Shown in pieces: positions 36,957-45,696 of a stretch of DNA of 47,270 nt. A program made the position numbers and the translations under genes. Under the pieces are notes generated by a model that did no database searches, was not told where the DNA came from, and saw nothing but the letters and a program-made list of their open reading frames with translations. The first letter of the stretch is position 1; every line of letters begins with the position of its first letter. The stretch lies in NCBI GenBank assembly GCA_003252055.1, contig QKDP01000192.1:1-47270 (forward strand), written 5' to 3'. This DNA is from Desulfobacter postgatei (GTDB lineage: Bacteria; Desulfobacterota; Desulfobacteria; Desulfobacterales; Desulfobacteraceae).

Positions 36957-37829
36957 ATGAATCTACACCACTGGTGGCTGGCTATCCGGCCCAAAACCCT
37001 TCCGGCAGCGGCCTGTCCGGTTGTTGTTGGCGCAGCCTGCGCTGTTTCTGATCACAGATTCTCAGCACTGATGTTTGCCGCAGCCCTGGCAGGCGCTTTG
37101 TTGATCCAGGTCTCCGTGAACCTGGCCAATGATTATTTTGATTTTCTGCACCACATCGACACCCCGGACCGGAAAGGCCCAAAACGCATGACCCAGAGCG
37201 GCATGATCCCGCCGGAAACCGTTCGAAACGCATTCATACTGACCATGCTGGTGGCTTTGGGTTTAGGCGTCTTTCTGATTATCAAGGGCGGGGCTGTGAT
37301 CCTGTATATTGTAATCGCCTCCCTTCTCGGGGTGATCTGTTACAGTGCCGGTCCCTTTCCCATTGCGTCCAACGGCCTTGGCGAGGTGTTTGTATTTATT
37401 TTTTTCGGTCCTGTGGCCGTGCTGGGCACCTATTATCTCATGGCCGGGGGTATAACACCGGCTGTTTTCATCGCATCAGTTCCCGTGGGCCTTTTGGTTA
37501 CAGCCATTATCGTGGTCAACAATCTGCGGGATATCGGGACAGATGCCAGGGCGGGCAAGCGAACCCTGGCCGTGATCCTAGGTCCCTGGCGTACCAAGGT
37601 TGAGTTTGTATTTCTGGTACTTTTCTCCTTTTTGATCCCCTGTCTGATGTTTGCCTCGGGCCGCTGGTCCTGGACCATTCTGCTGCCCCTGGCTGCATTC
37701 TGGAAATCCTATCCCGTATTTAAAACCGTTTTTGAACAGGACGGAGAAATTCTTAACCTGGCCCTTGCAGACACGGCAAAGCTTGCGCTTATGTTCAGTA
37801 CTCTTTTTGCCATTGGGCTCATGATATAA
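36957..37829 (+). CDS. menA: 1,4-dihydroxy-2-naphthoate prenyltransferase MenA
   Basis: AIRPKTLPAA, NLANDYFD, GLGEVFVFIFFG, NNLRDIGTDARAGKRTLAV. Confidence 0.93.
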   Translation: MNLHHWWLAIRPKTLPAAACPVVVGAACAVSDHRFSALMFAAALAGALLIQVSVNLANDYFDFLHHIDTPDRKGPKRMTQSGMIPPETVRNAFILTMLVALGLGVFLIIKGGAVILYIVIASLLGVICYSAGPFPIASNGLGEVFVFIFFGPVAVLGTYYLMAGGITPAVFIASVPVGLLVTAIIVVNNLRDIGTDARAGKRTLAVILGPWRTKVEFVFLVLFSFLIPCLMFASGRWSWTILLPLAAFWKSYPVFKTVFEQDGEILNLALADTAKLALMFSTLFAIGLMI

Positions 37830-37935
37830 ACAGCCATGGGCTGACCTGGTTTTTCACCGTGGTTCAGCCCACAACGAAAGTTGAAAGATCTATGTCGGTT
37901 GCACAGACTTTCTTATAAAAAAAAGGAGACCCGCT

Positions 37936-38286
37936 ATGATCACTTCATTTTCTTTTGGTCAAATGGTTATTGGTGCAGATCAATACACCACAGACCTGAT
38001 CATTCTCCCGGACAGGCGCATCCTTCCGGACTGGCGCAGAAAAGAGGGGCATGTGCTTGAAATGGCGGATTTAAAATCGGTTCTGCCCTTAAAGCCGGAT
38101 ATGATCATTGCCGGCACCGGTGCTAATGACAGGATGAAACTGGCCCCGGGTCTTGCAAAGGAGCTGTTATCCATGGGCATTGAACTAAAGGCCCTGGCAA
38201 CGGATGCGGCTGTATCCATGTTCAACACAACAATCGCCCAGACACCGGACAAGGCGGTGAGCGCCTGCTTTCATTTAAGGTGCTGA
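37936..38286 (+). CDS. Mth938-like (DUF498) domain protein
   Basis: ITSFSFGQMVI, WRRKEGH, IAGTG, C-terminal FHLRC; SD AGGAG. Confidence 0.8.
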   Translation: MITSFSFGQMVIGADQYTTDLIILPDRRILPDWRRKEGHVLEMADLKSVLPLKPDMIIAGTGANDRMKLAPGLAKELLSMGIELKALATDAAVSMFNTTIAQTPDKAVSACFHLRC

Positions 38287-38298
38287 TACGATTCTACC

Positions 38299-38850
38299 AT
38301 GCCCCATACCAATCCCAACCACAACCGATTTAAGTTCTGTCCGTCCTGCGGCAGCAACAGCCTTGACCCTGACAGCGTAAAATCATTTAAATGCCGGGAA
38401 TGCGGATTCGGATTCTTTCTCAACTGTGCTGCAGCCGCCATGGCTATCATCCTTGACGATCAAAACAGGATTCTGGTCACCGTGCGTGCCAAAGAACCCG
38501 GCAAAGGCAGCCTTGATCTGCCGGGCGGATTTGCCGAGCCCGGTGAAAGCATTGACCATAGTCTTGTCAGGGAAGTAAAGGAAGAACTGAACCTGGACAT
38601 CCTATACCTTGAATTTTTTTGTTCCTTTGCCAATACCTATCCTTACAAATCCGTGGTATATCCCATCACCGACATGGCATTCACCTGCAAGGTCAGGGAT
38701 TTTTCCGTAATTACCCCCATGGATGATGTGGCCGGCTTCAGGTTTATCCCGGTCCATGATCTTGACATCGGCATGTTCGGCATGGACTCGGCACGAAAGG
38801 TGCTGGAAAAATTTAAAAAAGCATATTTAAAAAATTTGCGGAAACCCTGA
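38299..38850 (+). CDS. Nudix hydrolase with N-terminal zinc ribbon
   Basis: CPSCG...CRECG; Nudix box PGGFAEPGESIDHSLVREVKEELNL. Confidence 0.9.
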   Translation: MPHTNPNHNRFKFCPSCGSNSLDPDSVKSFKCRECGFGFFLNCAAAAMAIILDDQNRILVTVRAKEPGKGSLDLPGGFAEPGESIDHSLVREVKEELNLDILYLEFFCSFANTYPYKSVVYPITDMAFTCKVRDFSVITPMDDVAGFRFIPVHDLDIGMFGMDSARKVLEKFKKAYLKNLRKP

Positions 38851-38930
38851 TGAGGGATAGAACATTATAAACAGGTTACCCTAAAAGGAACCGTATTGCG
38901 TATTCAGTTAATTTGTGGTTTAAACGAAAT

Positions 38931-41081
38931 ATGAAAAAAAGATATTATCGTTCCGGTAAAAAAAGCGCCGACGCCAGACCATCACGTCCCATCATCTATC
39001 CCGAGTTCACTGCCGGGGCAGACAAGGCATTGAAAAAAGTATTCAGCCGGATAGGAATTCCCGAAAAACAGCCTTTCACACCGGACCCGTTCCAGCTTGA
39101 AGCCATAGAGGCCATCAACACATCGGACTGTCTTGTTACAGCACCCACAGGTGCCGGAAAAACCTGGATTGCAGAGCAGGCCGCCAAAAGAATATTGGAA
39201 AACAACGGCAAGGTGTGGTATGCCACGCCTTTAAAAGCGCTGACCAACTCCATCCATGCCGGGTTTTCGAAAATTTTCGGCAAGGAAAATGTGGGCATTC
39301 TCACCGGCGACATCAAGGAAAATACAAACGCAGACATCATCATCGGCACCACGGAAATTTTAAGAAACCAGCTCTATGATGCCATGTACACAGGCCAGAA
39401 CCTGAAATGCGATCTGATTATCCTGGATGAAGCCCACTTCCTTGGTGATATGGAACGTGGCGTGGTCTGGGAGGAAATCATGATCTACCTGCCCGTGCGT
39501 ATCCCGCTGCTCTTACTGTCCGCAACCATCGGCAACCCGGACCAGATTGCAGGCTGGTTGTCCTCCATCCGGGACAAGGCGTGCAAAGTGGTGGAAAACA
39601 ACAACCGGCCGGTCCCTCTTTTTCCCTTATTTTTTCATCCGTCGGGCACCCTTTATCCGTTGCTTGAAAAAACGGGAAAAAATGGAAACCGGACACGTCT
39701 TTATAAAAAAGTCTATAAATTCAGCCAGTCAGGCAAACCGCTTTTGCTTGCGCCGCCAGGCCGGCTGCCCAAATTCTCAGATATTCTCAAAGTGCTTTCC
39801 CACTTTGACTTACTGCCGGCCATCTTTTTTTTAAAATCCCGGGCAGAGTGCGACCAGGCAATAAAATTATGCGACGGCAGTCTGTTGAAACATGCGCCTG
39901 AAAAAAAACAGGCACTGATGGAGCGGCTGGTACAGCTCACGGCAGACAATCCCCATCTGTCCGCCCACCCCCAGCGGCCTTATCTGGAGGAAACTGCAAC
40001 GGCAGCCCACCATTCAGGGCATTTACCCGCCTGGAAGGTGGTGGTGGAGACCTTAATGTCCGAAGGGCTTTTAGATGCCATGTTTGCGACCTCCACGGTG
40101 GCAGCGGGTGTGAACTTCCCGGCCCGGTCCGTTGTTATTCTCAATTCCGACCGGTTCAATGGCCGGGACTTTCTGTCGTTAACCACCAGTGAATTCCAGC
40201 AGATGGCAGGCCGGGCCGGAAGGCGCGGCATGGACAACATCGGATTTGCCACAGTTCTGCCGGGCAAATATATGGATGTATCCCTTGTGGCCAAATTGAT
40301 TAATGCCCCGCCCTTAAATGTGGATTCCCAGATCAAAATTGATTTTTCCATGGTGCTTAATCTTCTGTTATCCAACACTCCGGAACAGGTGCGCACCCTG
40401 TTGGAGAAATCCTTTGCCTCCTATCTCATTGCCATTGGCGCAAAAGCCGGGAAAAGCGGCAGAAAAGCCAGAAAAAAATTCGGCAACGACATGGAGTATT
40501 TATGGCTGGATTTTAACGAGCACATGGACTTTTTGATCCAGGAAGGCTTTGTCACCCCTGAAGGAGCAAGGCCCTGCACCCTGACCGAAGACGGGATATG
40601 GGCCTCAAAACTGCGTATTGACTCGCCGCTGCTTGTGGCCCAGAGTCTTCGGGACAAGCTTCTGCCCGAACATGATCCGGCGCTGCTGGCAGCCATGATG
40701 GCCGCATTTGTCAATGAAAAGGAGTTCAAGGATGATATGTTGTTCGATACCGTTCTTTCCAAACGGCTTAAGGATGCGTTTTTGGTACTGCGCCGGGGAC
40801 TGAAACCCTTTGCCATAAAAATGCTGCAGTCAGGATTTCCCGCGCCCAACCTGTTTATCCAGCCGGCGTCCCTGGTTTATGCCTGGGCCCATGATGCGCC
40901 CTGGGATGAGCTGATGCGCAAGTCGGATTTTGCTGAAGGGGATTTTGCCAGGCTGGTCCTGAGGACCTCTGAGAATCTTCGCCAGATGACCCATCTACAT
41001 CAGGATTTCCCTGTTTTTGCAAAAACAGCGGCCCAAGCCATTGACATGATACTCAAAGCGCCTGTGCTCACAGAAGTCTAA
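38931..41081 (+). CDS. Ski2/HelY-like DExH RNA helicase
   Basis: APTGAGKT, PLKAL, GILTGD, TTEILRN, DEAH, LSAT, HHSG, QMAGRAGRRGMD, C-terminal EGDFAR (DSHCT-like). Confidence 0.9.
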   Translation: MKKRYYRSGKKSADARPSRPIIYPEFTAGADKALKKVFSRIGIPEKQPFTPDPFQLEAIEAINTSDCLVTAPTGAGKTWIAEQAAKRILENNGKVWYATPLKALTNSIHAGFSKIFGKENVGILTGDIKENTNADIIIGTTEILRNQLYDAMYTGQNLKCDLIILDEAHFLGDMERGVVWEEIMIYLPVRIPLLLLSATIGNPDQIAGWLSSIRDKACKVVENNNRPVPLFPLFFHPSGTLYPLLEKTGKNGNRTRLYKKVYKFSQSGKPLLLAPPGRLPKFSDILKVLSHFDLLPAIFFLKSRAECDQAIKLCDGSLLKHAPEKKQALMERLVQLTADNPHLSAHPQRPYLEETATAAHHSGHLPAWKVVVETLMSEGLLDAMFATSTVAAGVNFPARSVVILNSDRFNGRDFLSLTTSEFQQMAGRAGRRGMDNIGFATVLPGKYMDVSLVAKLINAPPLNVDSQIKIDFSMVLNLLLSNTPEQVRTLLEKSFASYLIAIGAKAGKSGRKARKKFGNDMEYLWLDFNEHMDFLIQEGFVTPEGARPCTLTEDGIWASKLRIDSPLLVAQSLRDKLLPEHDPALLAAMMAAFVNEKEFKDDMLFDTVLSKRLKDAFLVLRRGLKPFAIKMLQSGFPAPNLFIQPASLVYAWAHDAPWDELMRKSDFAEGDFARLVLRTSENLRQMTHLHQDFPVFAKTAAQAIDMILKAPVLTEV

Positions 41082-41099
41082 AACAAGGAGACACCTTAA

Positions 41100-41483
41100 A
41101 TGATACCAGTTATATCAAAAAATGCCCCGGCAGCCGTGGGGCCCTATTCCCATGCCGTGATCCACAACGACACGGTGTACTGTGCCGGCCAGATCCCTCT
41201 GGATCCTGCCACAGGCCAAATTGTGGGCACCACCATTGAAGATCAGACCCGCCAGGCCATATCTAACCTGAAAGCCGTACTGGAGGAGTGCAACGCAGGC
41301 TTGCAAACCATTGTAAAAACAACGGTGTTTCTGGCGTCCATGGATGATTTTGCAGGGATGAACCAGGTTTACGAAGCAACCCTTGGCGGCCATAAACCAG
41401 CCAGGTCCGCCTTTCAGGTGGCACGTCTTCCCAAGGATGCGCTGGTGGAAATCGAGTGTATTGCCGTGTGTGACAAAAAATAA
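41100..41483 (+). CDS. ridA: RidA/YjgF-family imine deaminase
   Basis: APAAVGPYS, GQIPLDP, VKTTVFL, PARS, LVEIECIA. Confidence 0.92.
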   Translation: MIPVISKNAPAAVGPYSHAVIHNDTVYCAGQIPLDPATGQIVGTTIEDQTRQAISNLKAVLEECNAGLQTIVKTTVFLASMDDFAGMNQVYEATLGGHKPARSAFQVARLPKDALVEIECIAVCDKK

Positions 41484-41505
41484 GACCCAGGAGGCTATAA
41501 GCTAT

Positions 41506-43188
41506 ATGACCGAAGATACCAAAAAAGTTATTTACTCAATGATCAATGTGAGCAAATTCCATGGCACACGCCAGGTGCTCAAGGATATTTCCCTGTCCTA
41601 TTTTTATGGGGCGAAGATCGGTGTGCTGGGCCTTAACGGTTCAGGTAAATCAACACTTCTAAAGATCATGGCAGGAGTAGATACGGAATTTGTGGGTGAA
41701 ACCATTTTATCCAAGGGATTTACCGTGGGCTTTCTTGAGCAGGAACCCCTGGTGGATTCGGATAAAACCGTGCGGGAAGTGGTGGAAGAAGGGGTTCAGG
41801 AGACCGTAGACCTTTTAAACGAATATGAAAAAATCTCTGAAGCCTTTGCAGAACCCATGTCCGATGATGAGATGGACGCGCTTTTGGAAAAACAGGGAAA
41901 ACTGCAGGCAAAGCTTGACCACATGGATGCCTGGGATCTGGATGCCCGGCTTAAAATGGCCATGGACGCCCTTCGCTGTCCGCCTGAAGAGACCCCTGTC
42001 AGCGTAATCTCAGGTGGCGAAAAACGCCGGGTGGCCCTGTGCCGTCTACTGCTGCAGAAACCCGACATTCTGCTTCTGGACGAGCCGACCAACCATCTTG
42101 ACGCCGACTCCGTGGCCTGGCTGGAACAGCATTTAAGCCGGTTTGAAGGTACGGTCATTGCCGTCACCCATGACCGCTATTTCCTGGACAATGTGGCAGG
42201 CTGGATTCTGGAACTGGACAGGGGCGAAGGCATTCCCTGGAAAGGCAACTACTCTTCCTGGCTGGAACAGAAACAGCAACGCCTGGCAAAGGAAGAAAAA
42301 AGCGAGAGCAAACGCCGCCAGACACTGGCCCGGGAGCTTGAGTGGATCAACATGTCGCCCAAGGGCCGGCGCTCCAAATCCAAGGCCAGAATTTCGGCCT
42401 ACGAAGACCTGCTAAAAAAGGACAGCAAACAGCAGGAAGAGAAGATGGAAATATTTATTCCGCCGGGACCACGGCTTGGCTCAAAGGTCATTGTGGCGCA
42501 AAATGTTGCCAAAGCCTTTGAAGACAAACTTCTGGTGGAAGATATGAACTTTGTCCTTCCACCGGGTGCCATTGTGGGTGTGGTGGGTCCCAACGGTGCC
42601 GGCAAGACCACGCTGTTTAAAATGATTACCGGAAAGGAAAAACCCGATTCCGGCACCATTGAAATCGGCGACAGTGTGCGTCTGGCCTATGTGGACCAGG
42701 AACGGGATACCCTGGATCCTGAAAAAACCATTTATGAAGTGATCTCCGGCGGAAGTGAGACGCTTTTGCTGGGGGATAGGGAAATCAATTCTCGGGCCTA
42801 TGTGGGCAAGTTTAACTTCTCCGGCTCTGACCAGCAGAAAAAGGTTAAAGATATCTCCGGTGGTGAGCGCAACCGGGTACATATGGCCACTATGCTGCAA
42901 AGCCAAGCCAATCTGCTGCTTTTGGACGAACCCACCAACGACCTGGATGTCAATACCATGCGGGCATTGGAAGAAGCCCTTGAAAACTTTGCAGGGTGTG
43001 CTGTGATCATCAGTCATGACCGGTGGTTCCTGGACCGCATCGCCACCCATATCCTGGCCTTTGAAGGAGACAGCCAGACCCTGTTCTTTGAAGGATCCTA
43101 TTCAGACTATGAAAAGGATCGCAGAAAACGACTGGGTATCAAAGACAACCAGCCCACAAGGATCAAATACCGCCAGTTGACCCGGTAA
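41506..43188 (+). CDS. ettA: Energy-dependent translational throttle ABC-F protein EttA
   Basis: GAKIGVLGLNGSGKST, SGGEKRRVALC, HDRYFLDNVAGWILELDRG, IPPGPRLG, SGGERNR; SD AGGAGG before ATG 41506. Confidence 0.96.
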   Translation: MTEDTKKVIYSMINVSKFHGTRQVLKDISLSYFYGAKIGVLGLNGSGKSTLLKIMAGVDTEFVGETILSKGFTVGFLEQEPLVDSDKTVREVVEEGVQETVDLLNEYEKISEAFAEPMSDDEMDALLEKQGKLQAKLDHMDAWDLDARLKMAMDALRCPPEETPVSVISGGEKRRVALCRLLLQKPDILLLDEPTNHLDADSVAWLEQHLSRFEGTVIAVTHDRYFLDNVAGWILELDRGEGIPWKGNYSSWLEQKQQRLAKEEKSESKRRQTLARELEWINMSPKGRRSKSKARISAYEDLLKKDSKQQEEKMEIFIPPGPRLGSKVIVAQNVAKAFEDKLLVEDMNFVLPPGAIVGVVGPNGAGKTTLFKMITGKEKPDSGTIEIGDSVRLAYVDQERDTLDPEKTIYEVISGGSETLLLGDREINSRAYVGKFNFSGSDQQKKVKDISGGERNRVHMATMLQSQANLLLLDEPTNDLDVNTMRALEEALENFAGCAVIISHDRWFLDRIATHILAFEGDSQTLFFEGSYSDYEKDRRKRLGIKDNQPTRIKYRQLTR

Positions 43189-43223
43189 AAACGATTCATG
43201 AATTAATTCTGAACCGATTTAAA

Positions 43224-43257
43224 GCCCCGGCAGGCTAACCCGGCTGGGGTCTTTTTT
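43224..43257 (+). terminator. Intrinsic terminator after ettA
   Basis: GCCCCGGC...GCTGGGGT stem followed by CTTTTTT. Confidence 0.7.
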
Positions 43258-43614
43258 GAAAAACCGTTTAAAAAAAAGTTGACTTGCAGACAGCCGTTGC
43301 CGTGTTTGCCGGTATCCTTCTTGTGGTACCGGATATGAATCTTTCCAATAAGGTGACGTTAGTAAAAAACAACTTTCACTGCCATTCTTTAATAAAAAAA
43401 GTCGCATATTTGAAATTGATCGCAGCGTAAGAAACAGGGAATACAGTTGCATCATTGCAAACATTTTTCAAATTTTATCTTCTAAAGGTTTCAGTAAGCG
43501 AGACACACTCAGTAGCAATTATGCGACTTGGGAAGAATAAATCCATATACAATGGTTGCAAAAAAGCGCTTAATATGGTTTAAACTATACTCAAATTTAA
43601 AAGGATGCGCCGAC

Positions 43615-44958
43615 ATGTCCCCAAACGATAGAAACACCCTGTTAAACACTGACACCACAAAAATCATCCTGGATTCAATTTCAGACGGGGTATTTACCAT
43701 TGACTACAACTGGAAAATCACCTCTTTTAACAGGGCTGCCGAGGAAATTACCGGCATTTGCCGGCAGGATGCCATAGGTTGTCATTGCTGGGATGTTTTC
43801 CGTTCCAATATGTGCGAACAGGGCTGCGCCCTGAAAAAAACAATGGATCAGGGCAAACCATTTGTATCAAGTTCCGCATATATTATTAACAATCAGCAAA
43901 AAAAAATTCCAATCACTGCATCTACCTCCCTGCTCATTGATAAAGATGGTGAGGTTCTGGGCGGGGTGGAAACTTTCAGGGACCACTCTGTGGTGGAGGC
44001 CTTAAGAAAGGAGCTGACCGGAGGGGTCCAGGTGGGCGACATGGTGAGCAACTCCAGTGCCATGAAAAATATTTTCAATATCCTTCCCCAGATTGCTGAA
44101 AGCGATTCATCCGTTTTGATCGAAGGGGAAACAGGTACGGGAAAAGAGTTAATGGCAAGGGCCATTCATAACACCAGCCACAGAAAGGATTCCCCTTTTG
44201 TGGCCATCAACTGCGGGGCCCTGCCGGACACATTGCTGGAATCGGAACTGTTTGGATATAAAAAAGGGGCATTCACCCATGCTGTGAAAGACAAGCCCGG
44301 CCATTTTGCCCTGGCAGACAATGGTACGATTTTTCTTGATGAAATTGCAGACACAAGCCCGGCCTTTCAGGTCAGGCTGCTTCGGGTACTTCAGGAACGG
44401 GAATATACGCCCCTTGGCGGCATTGAAAAAGAGCGATCCAATGTCAGAATTATTGCCGCCACCAATAAAAATCTGACAAACATGGTGGAAAAAAAGGAAT
44501 TTCGCCAGGATCTTTATTACCGCATTAATGTTATTAAAATTTCTCTGCCCCCCCTGCGCCATAGAATGGAGGATATTCCCTATCTGGTAGACCAGTTCAT
44601 CTCCCGCTTGAACCTGCGCCGGAACAAAATGATCCAGGGGTTTTCCCCTGAGGTCCTTGCCGCACTTATGGCTCATAATTTCCCCGGCAATATCAGGGAG
44701 CTTGAAAATATCATTGAACATGCTTTTGTCCTGTGCGCCAAAGAGTTCATCACCATGGCGCATCTGCCGGCGTCACTTGCGGCCGGCTCAGGACGGGGAG
44801 CCGGTAAAAATACGAATCCAGTGGTTGCGGCACAGATCAAAATGATTACCGACGCCTTGAAACGGAACAACAATAACCGTAATGCCGCAGCCCGGGATCT
44901 AGGCATACACAAAAGCACCCTGTTCAGGAGGATTAAAAAACTGGGAATCCAGTTATAA
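43615..44958 (+). CDS. Sigma54-dependent activator, PAS-AAA-HTH, OrpR-like
   Basis: PAS domain with CWDVFRSNMCEQGC (C-X8-C-X3-C), GETGTGKE, ESELFGYKKGAFTHA, FLDEI, FPGNIRELEN, Fis-type HTH. Confidence 0.92.
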   Translation: MSPNDRNTLLNTDTTKIILDSISDGVFTIDYNWKITSFNRAAEEITGICRQDAIGCHCWDVFRSNMCEQGCALKKTMDQGKPFVSSSAYIINNQQKKIPITASTSLLIDKDGEVLGGVETFRDHSVVEALRKELTGGVQVGDMVSNSSAMKNIFNILPQIAESDSSVLIEGETGTGKELMARAIHNTSHRKDSPFVAINCGALPDTLLESELFGYKKGAFTHAVKDKPGHFALADNGTIFLDEIADTSPAFQVRLLRVLQEREYTPLGGIEKERSNVRIIAATNKNLTNMVEKKEFRQDLYYRINVIKISLPPLRHRMEDIPYLVDQFISRLNLRRNKMIQGFSPEVLAALMAHNFPGNIRELENIIEHAFVLCAKEFITMAHLPASLAAGSGRGAGKNTNPVVAAQIKMITDALKRNNNNRNAAARDLGIHKSTLFRRIKKLGIQL

Positions 44959-45094
44959 AAGAGGTTATCTATGCAACCGGAAAACGTTTATAAGTCTCGT
45001 TTTTGCAACAATAACGGCAGCTCCGGGATCTGCCGGCCGAAAAATATGCAAGCCCGCCAGGCAGTTATTGCTGTTGTTCCCTTAAAATCGATTA

Positions 45095-45110
45095 AGGCAC
45101 AGCCTTTGCA
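45095..45110 (+). promoter_or_regulatory. Sigma54 (-24/-12) promoter of the NifX-family gene
   Basis: AGGCACAGCCTTTGCA: GG(45096-97)-N10-GC(45108-09), 40 nt upstream of the ATG and directly downstream of a sigma54 activator gene. Confidence 0.75.
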
Positions 45111-45150
45111 TTTTCAATGCGCACAAAAAAAATCCTAAGAGGAGGAGATC

Positions 45151-45516
45151 ATGAAAATTGCGATTACCACTTGGGGAAACCGGGTCTCTCCTGTGTTCGA
45201 CGCAGCAAAAACCCTTTTAATTGCTGATATTGAAAATCAAAGCATTAACAGCAAAAAATATGAATCTTTCCAGCCGGATGATGTCAGCGCCCTTGCCGCA
45301 CTTTTAACCCGTGAAAAAGTCACGGCCCTGGTTTGCGGGGCAATTTCAGAAACCTATGCGGCCCGGCTTGTTGAAAACAGAATCCGTATGTTCCCCTTTG
45401 TCACCGGCAATGCCATGAATATACTGGACTGCCTGGCCACGCATAATACCATTAAACCGGCTTTTATGATGCCCGGATGCACGCCGGTATCAGAAAACAA
45501 ATGCCAACCCCTTTAA
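45151..45516 (+). CDS. NifB/NifX-family (FeMo-cofactor-binding / orange-protein-like) small protein
   Basis: MKIAI...RVSPVFDAA...LVCGAIS...FVTG...FMMPGC; SD GAGGAG. Confidence 0.8.
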   Translation: MKIAITTWGNRVSPVFDAAKTLLIADIENQSINSKKYESFQPDDVSALAALLTREKVTALVCGAISETYAARLVENRIRMFPFVTGNAMNILDCLATHNTIKPAFMMPGCTPVSENKCQPL

Positions 45517-45552
45517 AAAAAAGACCTGCCGCCTGGAGGGAAGGCGGCAGGT
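45515..45552 (-). terminator. Intrinsic terminator (U-tract on minus strand)
   Basis: ACCTGCCGCCT (45524-34) / AGGCGGCAGGT (45542-52), with A8 at 45515-22 on the plus strand. Confidence 0.7.
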
Positions 45553-45643
45553 GCTTCAGGTCTTTCGCGCGCAAGGAAGACGCCAAGCAAGTATGCAGGT
45601 GGTTGCGTTAACTAAAGTTTAGCAAATTCTCCTGCATGGGAGG

Positions 45644-45690
45644 AAAAAATGCCAGGCTACTGCCGGAAATTCCGGAGTAGCCGGTGGCAT
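45644..45690 (-). terminator. Intrinsic terminator directly after amtB
   Basis: ATGCCA-GGCTACT-G-CCGGA-AAT-TCCGG-AGTAGCC-GG-TGGCAT hairpin, with a T6 tract on the minus strand. Confidence 0.7.
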
Positions 45691-45696
45691 GACGAA

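Noticed and set aside
36626-36994. 122-aa minus-strand ORF spanning the tolC-menA intergenic region
   Set aside because: Overlaps the menA start and tolC promoter, has no clear SD or recognisable domain.
37837-37871. Hairpin TGGGCTGA...TCAGCCCA after menA
   Set aside because: No U-tract; probably an ordinary mRNA-stabilising stem.
41383-41505. N-terminal extension of EttA in the ORF track
   Set aside because: Overlaps ridA; the SD AGGAGG and family length support ATG 41506.
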